Virus record (IMG/VR): IMGVR_UViG_3300009964_000017
Origin: a virus
Reading direction: 5' to 3' (one strand)
Length of the DNA: 38,790 bases
Position numbers and translations under genes: made by a program
Shown: positions 1-8,915 of the stretch, one piece after another
Layout of the letters: every line of letters starts with the position of its first letter
Position numbering within the stretch: position 1 is the first letter of the stretch
Notes under the pieces: generated by a model
The model's database searches: none
Told to the model about the DNA's origin: nothing
Seen by the model: the letters and a program-made list of their open reading frames with translations, nothing else

Positions 1-127
1 ATTCGTAGAATGGGTGCTATCCCAACGACCAAACACCCGCGTCGTCATAGCCTCATACCAGAAAGAAATCGCCACCGAATGGGCTGGCACCATCCGCGAC
101 GACATCCGCATGCACTCAGACAAACTC
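1..127. repeat. Terminal overlap, identical to 38664-38790 (circularisation signature)
   Basis: Read directly: attcgtagaatgggtgctatcccaacg...gcactcagacaaactc occurs at both window ends. It lies inside the terL reading frame. Confidence 0.95.
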
Positions 128-1261
128 AGAATCAAAGTACGCGGCGGCTCAGCAGCGAAACACTTCTGGAAACTCCAAGGACACGACGGGTACGTCTACG
201 CTACCGGTGTCGGCGGTTCTATGACCGGCAAACCCGCAGACCTCATGCTCATAGACGACCCCGTGCGCGGGCTAAAAGACGCCGAATCCCCCGCCAAACA
301 GGCAGAAGCATGGAAATGGTGGACAGGCACCGTATCCGCTCGCCTAGCACCCGGTGCCCCAGTAATCCTGATCCTAACCCGCTGGCACGACGCAGACCTA
401 GCCGGGCAGCTCATGGAAAAACTACCCGGCGAATGGGAATTCCTCAGAATCCCAGCACAAGCAGACCACAAACCAGAACTAGGAGAAACCGACCCGCTAG
501 GCAGACAACCCGGCGAATTCATGGTCTCAGCACGCGGACGCTCACAAAAAAACTGGGAAAAACGCAAAAGAGAAGCAGGCCCCAAAGCATGGGCAGCCCT
601 CTACCAAGGCGTACCATCCCCAGACGAAGGAGGAATCTTCCCACCCAAATGGGCAGAATACCAGCAGCCACTATGGGTAAAACAACCCAACGGCACACAC
701 CTCATAACCAACCTCACAGAAGACAGTGAACTAGCCCAATCCTGGGACATGACCTTCAAAGCAACCGACAGCAGCGACTACGTTGTCGGGCAAGTATGGT
801 TACGAACCGGCGCGAAATGCTACCTCCTCGACCAAATACGAGAACGCATGAACTTCACAGACACTGTTGAAGCAGTCCGCACAATGACAGCGAAATGGCC
901 GCAAACCGGGGCGAAATTCGTAGAAGATAAAGCCAACGGGACAGCAGTCATCAACACGCTACAAACCGAAATACCCGGAATAATCCCCGTCACACCAGAC
1001 GGCGGGAAAGTAGTAAGAGCAAACGCGGTAGCACCAGCAGCATGGTCTGGAAACATCGTCCTCCCATCACCCACACTACTACCCAATATTGGTGAACTCT
1101 TAGAAGAAGCGAAACTATTCCCCGCATCCTCACACGACGACACCATAGACGCCCTAACACAAGCCGTAAACCAGCTCCTACTAAACCCAATAATGCAGCA
1201 GCAGACTTACGATGCCGAAGAATGGGTAAACGACGGGTACCAGATCGGATACACCTACTAG
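1..1261 (+). CDS. terL: Terminase large subunit, C-terminal part (continuation of the ORF starting at 38440; codons here begin at nt 2)
   Basis: The frame is continuous across the 127-bp overlap, and the joined product is 494 aa. It carries a Walker-B-like DLMLIDDP and nuclease-domain motifs SWDMTFKATDSSDYVVGQVW and SSHDDTIDALTQAV, typical of Terminase_6-type large subunits. Confidence 0.9.
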   Translation, partial: FVEWVLSQRPNTRVVIASYQKEIATEWAGTIRDDIRMHSDKLRIKVRGGSAAKHFWKLQGHDGYVYATGVGGSMTGKPADLMLIDDPVRGLKDAESPAKQAEAWKWWTGTVSARLAPGAPVILILTRWHDADLAGQLMEKLPGEWEFLRIPAQADHKPELGETDPLGRQPGEFMVSARGRSQKNWEKRKREAGPKAWAALYQGVPSPDEGGIFPPKWAEYQQPLWVKQPNGTHLITNLTEDSELAQSWDMTFKATDSSDYVVGQVWLRTGAKCYLLDQIRERMNFTDTVEAVRTMTAKWPQTGAKFVEDKANGTAVINTLQTEIPGIIPVTPDGGKVVRANAVAPAAWSGNIVLPSPTLLPNIGELLEEAKLFPASSHDDTIDALTQAVNQLLLNPIMQQQTYDAEEWVNDGYQIGYTY

Positions 1262-1274
1262 AAACTAAAACAGA

Positions 1275-2837
1275 ATGGTGGTGAAACACATTTTGGGAAT
1301 ACGCGACATCATCAGCGAAGCACGCGACCGGGCAGCAACCATGCTCAACCCGCAAGCAAACGCTGAAATCCGTGCACTAAAAGCAGGCACCGCCAGGCTC
1401 CAAGAATCGTTCGCAGACCTAGAACGCCGCGCACGAGAAGACCAAACATGGCGCACCCTAACCTCAAACCAGCGAAGCGAATTCAGCCTAGACGGCGTGA
1501 AACGCAACGCAGACATATGCCGCCTGCTCTCCGTCGCTGACCCTCTCGCAAAACGTGGCCTAGCAGTCCGTGCAGGGTACGTCTTCGGGCAGGGCATGGG
1601 CATCACTGCCAAAGCTGGGAAGGAGGCTACACAAGACATCAACGAGGTTGTGCAACGGTTCTGGGACGACCCAAAGAACCGTGCCTCCTTCACCGGGCAT
1701 CAGGCGCAGCACAGGCTAGAGCACGCGCAATCCACTGACGGTAACATCCTGTTCGCGCTCTTCACCGAACCAAGGACAGGGCGAGTTATCGTCCGCACAA
1801 TCCCTCTCAACGAGATTACAGACGTCATCACCAACCCCGAAGACAGTCAAGACGTGTGGTTTTACAAGCGCACCTGGACTGACAGGGGCATTATCAACGG
1901 TGCTGTCGTGTCAACCCGCAAAGAGGCGCTGTACCCGGCTCTGGGGCACCGCCCAAAGGTGAAGCAAGGCAGCATCGGCGGTGTGTCAGTTGAATGGTTC
2001 GCACCCATCTACCACCAGGCAGCAGGGAACCCAGACGGCTGGCGTTGGGGGGTGCCAGACCTGTACGCTGCTGTGCCGTGGGTGCGCGCCTACAAAACCT
2101 ATTTGGAAGACTGGGCAAGGCTCATGCGTGCACTAGCTCGCATTTCGCACCGTGTCACCGGCAAAAACAATAAGGCCGTCATGGAGGCACGCGCCGCACT
2201 ACAGGCTGCATCCCTATCACCAACACCAGGTGTCATAGGAACCACCGACGCGACCGTGGAAGCAATGCCTAAAACCGGTGCCACCATCGACGCCGAATCA
2301 GGCAAACCCCTAGCCGCAATGATCGCCGCAGGAATCGGCATCCCCGTAACCATGCTCCTAGCAGATCCGGGGCAGACCGGGGCGCGCGCCGTCGCAGAAA
2401 CCTTAGACAGGCCAATGGAACTAGAAATGATGGGGCGACGCGAACTATGGACGGAAACCTACCGGGCAATCCTAAACCACGTCATCGACGCGGCAGTACT
2501 CGCACCACAAGGCCCACTCAAAGGGATGCTAACAACCGCCTACGACGGGCAGCAAACCATTGAGCTGGCAGGCGACACGCCACGCACACTAGTTTTCCAC
2601 TGGGACGACCTCACCAAAACCAGCACCAAAGAGCTGTTAGAGTCAATCGAAACCGCTAACAGTATGGGAGTAATCCCATACGAGCAAATAGCTCTACTAA
2701 CTCTACGGGCGCTCGGTGTGCGAGACCCAGACGAAATAATCGACAGCATGCGAGACGACACCGGAGCATTCATCCCCGCTAACGCCTCGCTCGGTGAAGC
2801 GCTCATAAACGCAGCCTACAGAGGCGGTAACCCATGA
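1275..2837 (+). CDS. Portal protein
   Basis: A 520-aa ORF directly after terL, ATGA-coupled to the MuF-like gene. The call rests on size and synteny; no specific motif was verified. Confidence 0.75.
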   Translation: MVVKHILGIRDIISEARDRAATMLNPQANAEIRALKAGTARLQESFADLERRAREDQTWRTLTSNQRSEFSLDGVKRNADICRLLSVADPLAKRGLAVRAGYVFGQGMGITAKAGKEATQDINEVVQRFWDDPKNRASFTGHQAQHRLEHAQSTDGNILFALFTEPRTGRVIVRTIPLNEITDVITNPEDSQDVWFYKRTWTDRGIINGAVVSTRKEALYPALGHRPKVKQGSIGGVSVEWFAPIYHQAAGNPDGWRWGVPDLYAAVPWVRAYKTYLEDWARLMRALARISHRVTGKNNKAVMEARAALQAASLSPTPGVIGTTDATVEAMPKTGATIDAESGKPLAAMIAAGIGIPVTMLLADPGQTGARAVAETLDRPMELEMMGRRELWTETYRAILNHVIDAAVLAPQGPLKGMLTTAYDGQQTIELAGDTPRTLVFHWDDLTKTSTKELLESIETANSMGVIPYEQIALLTLRALGVRDPDEIIDSMRDDTGAFIPANASLGEALINAAYRGGNP

Positions 2838-3922
2838 CCGTAACCAACAATGTTGCAGCCCTGGCACGTGAACTCAGAAGAGTCACAGACAACATGCTAA
2901 ACCTCCCAGAGGTAGAACTAGCCAGGTCATGGGTAAACGCCTGGGATGCCGTCGAGCAAGACATCACAGGCGCGTTAGAAGAACTAGCTGCAGCAGCAGA
3001 CGGGAAACGTGTGCCAGCCTGGAAAATCGGGCAAAACCAGCGGATCGTCAACGCGTTAGAGACACTCAGCGAAGGGATGCAAGAAGCCTTAGGGGAATTC
3101 GCCTCCACCATCCAAGACGTCACACTACCCAACCTCCTAGAACAGGTAGACGAAATGCAAAAAAGGATGGCACGGGCGCAACTCCCGTTAGGTGCAGCAC
3201 TCGGGTACACGTTCACCCAAGCAGACAAAACAGCTGTAACAGCTATCGTCCGCCGTGTCACCGAACAAATAGTATCCCCACTACTGGAACTACCCGCAAT
3301 GGTAGACCAGGCTATGCGACGTGAACTCGTGCGCGGTGTCATCCTCGGCGAAAATCCAAACAAGGTAGCAGCCCGCATCATCCAAGCAACAAAAGACCAG
3401 TTCACCGGTGGGTACAACCGGGCAACCGTGATAACCAGAACAGAAATGCACGACGCGCAACGCTCTGCAGCCCAAGCATTCGAGGAAGCAAACAGCGACA
3501 TCATATCCGGGTGGGTATGGGTAGCCGCACTCGATAAACGCACCTGCAGATCATGCATCGCAATGCACGGGACAGTACATAAGCCCAGCGAGCAGCTGAT
3601 AGACCACCACCGTGGCCGGTGTGTCCGTGCCCCACTCGTGCGACCACTCAAAGAGCTAGGCATGCGCGGCAGTGTAGACGACACACCAATGCAGACCGGT
3701 GAGGAATGGTTCAACACCCTACCAGAGGATGAAAAACTCAAAACCCTCTCAGGTGGCGCAAAGAACTCTGCATCTGCTCGGAGTGTACTCACTGCTCTAG
3801 AAAATGGTGACCTCAAGTTCAGTGACCTATCCTCACTCAAAACACATGAAGGATGGAGGAAAGCGCGACACGCGACCACATTCAAAGAGCTAGAAAAGAA
3901 AGCAGCAAGAAATGCTTCTTAA
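2834..3922 (+). CDS. Head morphogenesis / minor capsid protein, Mu F (SPP1 gp7)-like
   Basis: Motif NRATVITRTEMHDAQRSAAQAF...GWVWVAALDKRTCRSCIAMHGTVH is characteristic of the Phage_Mu_F domain. The gene sits after the portal. Confidence 0.85.
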   Translation: MTVTNNVAALARELRRVTDNMLNLPEVELARSWVNAWDAVEQDITGALEELAAAADGKRVPAWKIGQNQRIVNALETLSEGMQEALGEFASTIQDVTLPNLLEQVDEMQKRMARAQLPLGAALGYTFTQADKTAVTAIVRRVTEQIVSPLLELPAMVDQAMRRELVRGVILGENPNKVAARIIQATKDQFTGGYNRATVITRTEMHDAQRSAAQAFEEANSDIISGWVWVAALDKRTCRSCIAMHGTVHKPSEQLIDHHRGRCVRAPLVRPLKELGMRGSVDDTPMQTGEEWFNTLPEDEKLKTLSGGAKNSASARSVLTALENGDLKFSDLSSLKTHEGWRKARHATTFKELEKKAARNAS

Positions 3923-4877
3923 AGAATCATTCGAGACCATAACTGATTTGACTGGGCGGCGACTCAAAATCACTGTGATTACCCCCGGCCAAGGGTCAAG
4001 CGGTTTCTACCCTGCTGAGGTTATCGCCCAGGCGGTGAACCTGATCGGGCAGCCAGGCAACCCAACACCCATGTACATCAACCACGCTACCGACGCTGAG
4101 CGCTGGGAACGCCCAGAAGGCGACCTAGAAGCCCTCGCAGGGGTTATCAGTAGTCCTCCAACCGTAAACCCGGTGACAGGCGCGCTAGAAGCCGAAGCTA
4201 AGGTATTCGAGTCACACCGCCAATTCATCCTAGACCGCAAAGACATCATCGGTGTCTCAATCAACGGTTCAGCAGTAAAAGACGGTGACACCGTAAAAGA
4301 AATAACCCGTATCGATTCCGTAGACTTCGTAACCAAAGCAGGGCGAGGCGGAAAAATTGATGCGGTACTAGAATCAGCCACCCACCAAAAGGAAGAGAGC
4401 AAAAACATGGCAGACACTAACCAGCCTGTCGAAGACCTCAACGAGATTGAAGAGCGAGAGGTCGAAGCCTGCGCCGAAGCCGACAGCACTAAACAGAAAC
4501 CAGCTGCAGCGGCACCTGACAAGTTGACCGCACCCACTTCAGCTGAGGCTAAAGATGCTGAGATTGAGCGGCTCAAGAAAGAAATTGAGGCACTCAAAGC
4601 AGAACTAGAGAAGACCCAAGAGTCAGCTAAACGCGCGCAGGTAGAAGCCGCTGTCGAGGCAGCCTTCACCGGTATTGACGCGCCGCGTGCGAAAGCCCGC
4701 CTCATCGAGGCAGGTATGCGCACCGACCTGTCCGTATTTGAGTCCGAGCTAACCGAATCCGTCAAAGAATTTACCCCCGTGTCCCCAGTTAAAGACATGG
4801 GAGGTGACCGGCTCGCAGAAGCAGCCGCACCCACATACACCCCGACCGATGTCCTGAAAGAACTCCGAGGAGCATAA
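3912..4877 (+). CDS. Scaffolding protein (a possible N-terminal protease-like domain was not verified)
   Basis: It lies between the MuF-like and capsid genes. The C-terminal half is acidic and coiled-coil (AEIERLKKEIEALKAELEKTQESAKRAQVEAAVEAA). Confidence 0.6.
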   Translation: MLLKESFETITDLTGRRLKITVITPGQGSSGFYPAEVIAQAVNLIGQPGNPTPMYINHATDAERWERPEGDLEALAGVISSPPTVNPVTGALEAEAKVFESHRQFILDRKDIIGVSINGSAVKDGDTVKEITRIDSVDFVTKAGRGGKIDAVLESATHQKEESKNMADTNQPVEDLNEIEEREVEACAEADSTKQKPAAAAPDKLTAPTSAEAKDAEIERLKKEIEALKAELEKTQESAKRAQVEAAVEAAFTGIDAPRAKARLIEAGMRTDLSVFESELTESVKEFTPVSPVKDMGGDRLAEAAAPTYTPTDVLKELRGA

Positions 4878-4879
4878 AC

Positions 4880-5212
4880 ATGGCTAAGAACCTGGCATAC
4901 CCAAACGCAGACCACATCGCACTCACCGCAGATAAGGAATACAAGTCCGGTGCACCCGTCCGCATCGGCTCAATCTGTGGTGTGGCAGTCACCGACGGCA
5001 AACAAGGCAAACGTTTCACCGTCCACCGTAACGGATCATGGCGTATCCCCGTCATCGAAAAGGTAGAGCAGGGCGAACCCGTCTACATCACCACCGACGG
5101 CAAACTCACCAAAACCAAGGGCACTAACAAACTCTTCGGTGTGTGCCTGCTCGGAAACACCGCAGCAAACGGTGACGCAGAAGTCCACCCCGCAGAAATC
5201 GCACTCGACTAA
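4880..5212 (+). CDS. Head decoration/cement protein, DUF2190-like
   Basis: A 110-aa ORF between scaffold and major capsid. The pattern YKSGAPVRIGSICGVAVTDG...GEPVYITTDGKLT resembles the DUF2190 family. Confidence 0.55.
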   Translation: MAKNLAYPNADHIALTADKEYKSGAPVRIGSICGVAVTDGKQGKRFTVHRNGSWRIPVIEKVEQGEPVYITTDGKLTKTKGTNKLFGVCLLGNTAANGDAEVHPAEIALD

Positions 5213-5234
5213 GACAAGGAGCAAATAAGAAACT

Positions 5235-6302
5235 ATGGCAACCATGTTTATGGATACTGAACATCTCGCAGACAACGGTGTAAACGCCCGTGTCGTCGAG
5301 GCAGCCCGCACCTTCCGCAAGGGCATGACCGGAAGCTACTCGGATCAGGCGCGCCTACAAGAGGCGCTCTCCACCTCTGATTTCCCTGCTCTGCTCGGAC
5401 AGGCACTCGAATTCGAGGTACTCGACCTCTTCCGCTCCTACACGAAGGCTTGGGAAGGCGTCGCAGACACCACCACCGTATCTGATTTTCGCCCCAAATC
5501 GTTGCGCGGCCTCTACGGCGCAATCGACTACCTGCCCATCAACGAGGCAGAAGAGTACAAGGCCGCATCACTGGCTGAGACCGAACACAAAATCAACGTG
5601 GAAACCTACGGTCGCCTGTTCAAGTTCACCCGTCAAATGAAGATTAACAAGGACTGGGACATCCTCGCACGCATCCCTGAGCGTCTCGCTAAGGGCGCGG
5701 CCATGAAGGAAGACCAGGCAGTGTTCGGTGCGCTAACCGGTGCAAACGGTGTAAACCGTGAGTTCTTCAAGGACGCTTACGCACCCGACAACAAGCCGTT
5801 GACCGCTGAAAACCTCATGGCAGCATACACGACCCTTGCTCAGCGTAAGGGTCTGGATGATGGGGTTGCGGACATTAGCAAGCTCGTGCTTGTCGTCCCG
5901 CGCGCCCTAGAAATGGCTGCACGCCGCATCCTCGAAGCAGAATACATTGACGTTACCGAGGGCAAGGTAAAGACCCGTGAGACTAACATTCTCAAGGGTC
6001 TGTTCACCTTGAAGGTTGTGGATATTCTGACTCGCCTCGACAAGTCAGCTACCGCTAACACCACCTGGTACATTCTGCCTGCTGCAGGCTCCGCGAACCC
6101 CGCACTTATCAAGGCATCCTTGCAGGGTTATGAGCAGCCTGACCTGCGTGTCGAATCAGCTGCTGGCCGTTCCATCAGCGGCGCAGACGTCGCACCTGAG
6201 GAAGGCAGCTTCCTTGACGACACGATCAGCTACCGTGGCCGCCACGAAGTAGGCGCAGCAACCCTGTTCCCGTTCGCAGCCTACGCATCCACCGGAGCAT
6301 AA
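5235..6302 (+). CDS. Major capsid protein
   Basis: A 355-aa ORF with an AAGGAG RBS, in the expected position after the scaffold and decoration genes. Confidence 0.75.
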   Translation: MATMFMDTEHLADNGVNARVVEAARTFRKGMTGSYSDQARLQEALSTSDFPALLGQALEFEVLDLFRSYTKAWEGVADTTTVSDFRPKSLRGLYGAIDYLPINEAEEYKAASLAETEHKINVETYGRLFKFTRQMKINKDWDILARIPERLAKGAAMKEDQAVFGALTGANGVNREFFKDAYAPDNKPLTAENLMAAYTTLAQRKGLDDGVADISKLVLVVPRALEMAARRILEAEYIDVTEGKVKTRETNILKGLFTLKVVDILTRLDKSATANTTWYILPAAGSANPALIKASLQGYEQPDLRVESAAGRSISGADVAPEEGSFLDDTISYRGRHEVGAATLFPFAAYASTGA

Positions 6303-6344
6303 AAGACCAGGTAACCCAGCCGCTGTTTTAGAAAGGGATTCACG

Positions 6345-6785
6345 TTGAGTACACAAGAAATTATTTACCAGATTCGCTTGCTCATTAACGACCTGCCACC
6401 TAAAACAGCGGCAGGGGAACCGTCACCTCTCAACCCCACTGAGAGCTGCATCTTCTCCGACCGAGACCTAGAGGTACTCTACAACCTCGAAGCCTCCTAC
6501 ATTGAACGTGTGAAGGTGAAACGTGCCGCAGCACGCGCACTCCGCCGCATGGCAACCGACGAGGTTATCCTCTCCAAAAAGATAACCACTCAAGACCTCT
6601 CCGTAGACGGGCCAGCTGTTTCATCCGCGCTCCTAGAACAGGCAGACAAGCTAGACGCCGAAGCCGATAGAGACGCTGGCGAAGCAGCAGGTGTCGGGGC
6701 GTTCTGGCAGACACTAGACCAGCTAGACCACCATGCAGAAGGCGAAGAGCGAAGGAGCGAAAGTTTCTATGGCTCGATATGGTGA
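6345..6785 (+). CDS. Putative head-tail connector/adaptor protein
   Basis: A 146-aa ORF with a TTG start, first gene after the capsid gene. The call is from synteny only. Confidence 0.35.
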   Translation: MSTQEIIYQIRLLINDLPPKTAAGEPSPLNPTESCIFSDRDLEVLYNLEASYIERVKVKRAAARALRRMATDEVILSKKITTQDLSVDGPAVSSALLEQADKLDAEADRDAGEAAGVGAFWQTLDQLDHHAEGEERRSESFYGSIW

Positions 6786-7206
6786 TAAACAGCGCATCAT
6801 CCCACCACATTGGGGGCAGCGACTTCAACCGCTCATTGAAACGGGAATGACAAGCGAATGCGAAATCATCGCACCAGGCAAACCGTCCAGGGACAACCCA
6901 CTATCTGGGGCTACCCCAACGGTCATGTACTCTGACATCCCGTGCCGTGTGCAGCAGCAGAACCGTTTCACAAACGGGGCAACCCCGACCGGGCAAGACT
7001 CCACACGCAGGGACTACCTGGTGCAGATTCCCGCCCGTATAGGGCAGCTGCACGAAGGCATGACCGGTTGGATAATCCGTGTCACCAAGACAGACGACGC
7101 GGGGATGCTGGGGCGGCAATTCAAAATCAAGCAGGAGCTGCACGGCTCCGAGATAGGGGCACGAGACCTCATATGTGAGGACTCACAGACCCAAAACGGG
7201 CGGTGA
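6769..7206 (+). CDS. Putative head closure / head-tail joining protein
   Basis: The ORF is open from 6733. The internal ATG at 6769 follows GAAGGAG (6751-6757) and minimises overlap with the upstream gene. Size and position fit an SPP1 gp16-type protein. Confidence 0.45.
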   Translation: MARYGDKQRIIPPHWGQRLQPLIETGMTSECEIIAPGKPSRDNPLSGATPTVMYSDIPCRVQQQNRFTNGATPTGQDSTRRDYLVQIPARIGQLHEGMTGWIIRVTKTDDAGMLGRQFKIKQELHGSEIGARDLICEDSQTQNGR

Positions 7207-7210
7207 CAGC

Positions 7211-7546
7211 ATGGAAGCAGACATGAGTGAACTCCTCAACCTGAGCGTCTCCCTGGCTGCAGCATCTATCCCCGCTACCGACCGTGTGCTTGCTCGTGGT
7301 GCGGCACAGATAACGGCGACAGCGAAGCAGATAGCACCAGTAGACACCGGGTACATGCGATCCTCCATCACGCCCAAACGGGTAAACCATATGGAGCACG
7401 CGATCATCAGTCAAGCAAACTATAGCGGGTTTGTTGAGAACGGTACCGTGCATATGAGACCGCGTCCATTCATGCGGCCAGCGCTCGACAAGCACTTGCC
7501 GGGTATTGCAGACGCGTTAGCTGACGCGGCAGTAAGGATATTCTAG
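7211..7546 (+). CDS. HK97 gp10-family tail/neck component
   Basis: Motif APVDTGYMRSSI...ANYSGFVENGTVHMRPRPFMRPAL matches the HK97 gp10 family signature. The ATG at 7211 lies just after the upstream stop at 7206. Confidence 0.75.
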   Translation: MEADMSELLNLSVSLAAASIPATDRVLARGAAQITATAKQIAPVDTGYMRSSITPKRVNHMEHAIISQANYSGFVENGTVHMRPRPFMRPALDKHLPGIADALADAAVRIF

Positions 7547-7971
7547 TGCGAATCATCAGTATTCGAGACCAAATCGTGGCAGCGTTAGAAGGAATCGAGA
7601 ACACAACCGTCTACGAGGGGCACATCCCCGATAAGGTGGCAACGTTCCTGGGTACAGACCTCATAAAACCCTATCTGCTTGTTTGGTTGGGTGCACCCAC
7701 AGGGCAGGACGAAACGCAGGAACCAATCTCTGGTGACGTCGATACTGATAGTGACACGCTCACAATAACAATCATCGCTGTAGGTGCTGATACGAACACG
7801 GTAACCCACCTGGTACACCATGTTCGACAAAAACTAGCTAAAACGCTCGTGAATGGGCACCCAATCAAACCTGACTGGGCGCAGCAGCAGTCACAGTACC
7901 CGCTCCTAGACGAGCAGACGACACCGCCCAGAACCTACGTCTCGTTGACGTGGACGCTCACTACACAATAA
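7546..7971 (+). CDS. Putative tail terminator (DUF3168-like)
   Basis: A 141-aa ORF with a GTG start overlapping the upstream stop, the last large ORF before the major tail gene. Confidence 0.45.
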   Translation: MRIISIRDQIVAALEGIENTTVYEGHIPDKVATFLGTDLIKPYLLVWLGAPTGQDETQEPISGDVDTDSDTLTITIIAVGADTNTVTHLVHHVRQKLAKTLVNGHPIKPDWAQQQSQYPLLDEQTTPPRTYVSLTWTLTTQ

Positions 7972-8003
7972 CCAACGTGAGAATGAAGTAAAGAAGGCTC
8001 ATT

Positions 8004-8171
8004 ATGGAAAGTTTAACCGAGATGGTGTTCACCCCGACTGGACAGAAAGTCTGGGTGCCCTCCAACTATCCTGAGGTTTTCCCAGGAGCATACAAGCTGC
8101 CGCCGTCAGCAAGGGCAGCAGCAGAGAAACCAACCGAAACTATTTTCCCTACTAAGGAAGAAGGTAAATAA
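8004..8171 (+). CDS. Small hypothetical protein (55 aa; below the ORF-track cutoff)
   Basis: ATG at 8004 is preceded by AAGAAGG (7991-7997). It translates to MESLTEMVFTPTGQKVWVPSNYPEVFPGAYKLPPSARAAAEKPTETIFPTKEEGK and its stop lies 2 nt before the major tail ATG. It fills an otherwise non-coding 200-bp gap. Confidence 0.45.
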   Translation: MESLTEMVFTPTGQKVWVPSNYPEVFPGAYKLPPSARAAAEKPTETIFPTKEEGK

Positions 8172-8173
8172 TC

Positions 8174-8710
8174 ATGGCTGAAACCCCAGGACGCACCTAC
8201 GCGGGCGAAAAGCTCAAGGTATCGTTCGTGCCTGCCGGTGGTATCCGCGCCATTTCCGCACCCACCGTAACCGAGCTAAACGCTGAAACCGTTCTTGACC
8301 TGTCCTGCGCAGCAATCAAGGCGCAGTCCAAAATTGGTTCGACCGATTCTGAAACGATTGACGGTCAGGCCGCTATCTGCGAGGACACCAACGCGAAAGC
8401 ATGGGGGCAGGGCAACGCAGAAGTCACCTTGGCGCTATTCCGGTATTTCAAGGGTAACAAGGCTGACCCTGACCGTGACAAGATTTTCCAGGCGCTCAAG
8501 ACCAAGGGTGTGGAAGGTTTCATCGTTACCCGCCATGTCGATAAGCGCTTCGACGAAGCCTACGCATCTGGCGACGAAGTTTCCGTGTACGCAGTGTCGT
8601 TCGACCAGCCGCACCCGGTCAATGAAGCCGAAGACCGCACCAAGGGCTATATTCGCACGATCCATAACGCCCAGGTGACGAACTTCGCCGAATTCAAGTC
8701 TGTAGCCTAA
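8174..8710 (+). CDS. Major tail protein
   Basis: A 178-aa ORF with RBS AAGGAAGAAGG, upstream of the chaperone and tape-measure genes and followed by hairpins. Confidence 0.7.
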   Translation: MAETPGRTYAGEKLKVSFVPAGGIRAISAPTVTELNAETVLDLSCAAIKAQSKIGSTDSETIDGQAAICEDTNAKAWGQGNAEVTLALFRYFKGNKADPDRDKIFQALKTKGVEGFIVTRHVDKRFDEAYASGDEVSVYAVSFDQPHPVNEAEDRTKGYIRTIHNAQVTNFAEFKSVA

Positions 8711-8744
8711 AAACCGAATTGTTGGCTGGTTTTTAGCGCTAACC

Positions 8745-8790
8745 ACGGCGGCTGCTGCGTATGAGGGTGCGCTGTAGCCGCCGTTTCCTA
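8745..8790 (+). terminator. Candidate attenuating terminator after the major tail gene
   Basis: A 9-bp stem, ACGGCGGCT (8745-8753) with AGCCGCCGT (8776-8784), is followed by only a short T stretch, so the call is weak. Confidence 0.35.
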
Positions 8791-8797
8791 TAGATAG

Positions 8798-8850
8798 CCC
8801 CTCATTTTGTGTCTAGTTTTTGTGTGTGTTCCTAGACGCAAAATGAGGGG
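8798..8850. repeat. Long inverted repeat / hairpin (19-bp stem, 15-nt loop)
   Basis: CCCCTCATTTTGTGTCTAG (8798-8816) pairs with CTAGACGCAAAATGAGGGG (8832-8850), with one G-T wobble. No U-tract follows. Confidence 0.8.
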
Positions 8851-8915
8851 CACACCCTTTACCCCCTCACAAAAGAACCCACAAGTGGACGCACACGAGA
8901 AAAGGCTTACATATT

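Noticed and set aside
1-127. The terminal repeat read as a genuine direct terminal repeat (DTR) of the virion DNA.
   Set aside because: It interrupts nothing and sits in the middle of the terL coding frame. A fixed-length exact overlap is more simply explained as the closure of a circular assembly.
10-729. A 239-aa Arg/Pro/His-rich ORF in an alternative + frame over terL.
   Set aside because: It is out of frame with the terminase ORF that carries clear ATPase and nuclease motifs. The composition (RRHPH..., RTRR...) is characteristic of an off-frame translation.
2803-3885. A 360-aa ORF on the - strand antisense to the MuF-like gene. Similar long antisense ORFs lie at 4007-4915, 12159-12728, 11100-11657 and 17611-18057.
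   Set aside because: They lie fully inside well-supported + strand genes with recognisable motifs. Their products are low-complexity and Ser/Arg/Ala-rich, they have no RBS, and they are typical shadow ORFs of GC-rich coding DNA.
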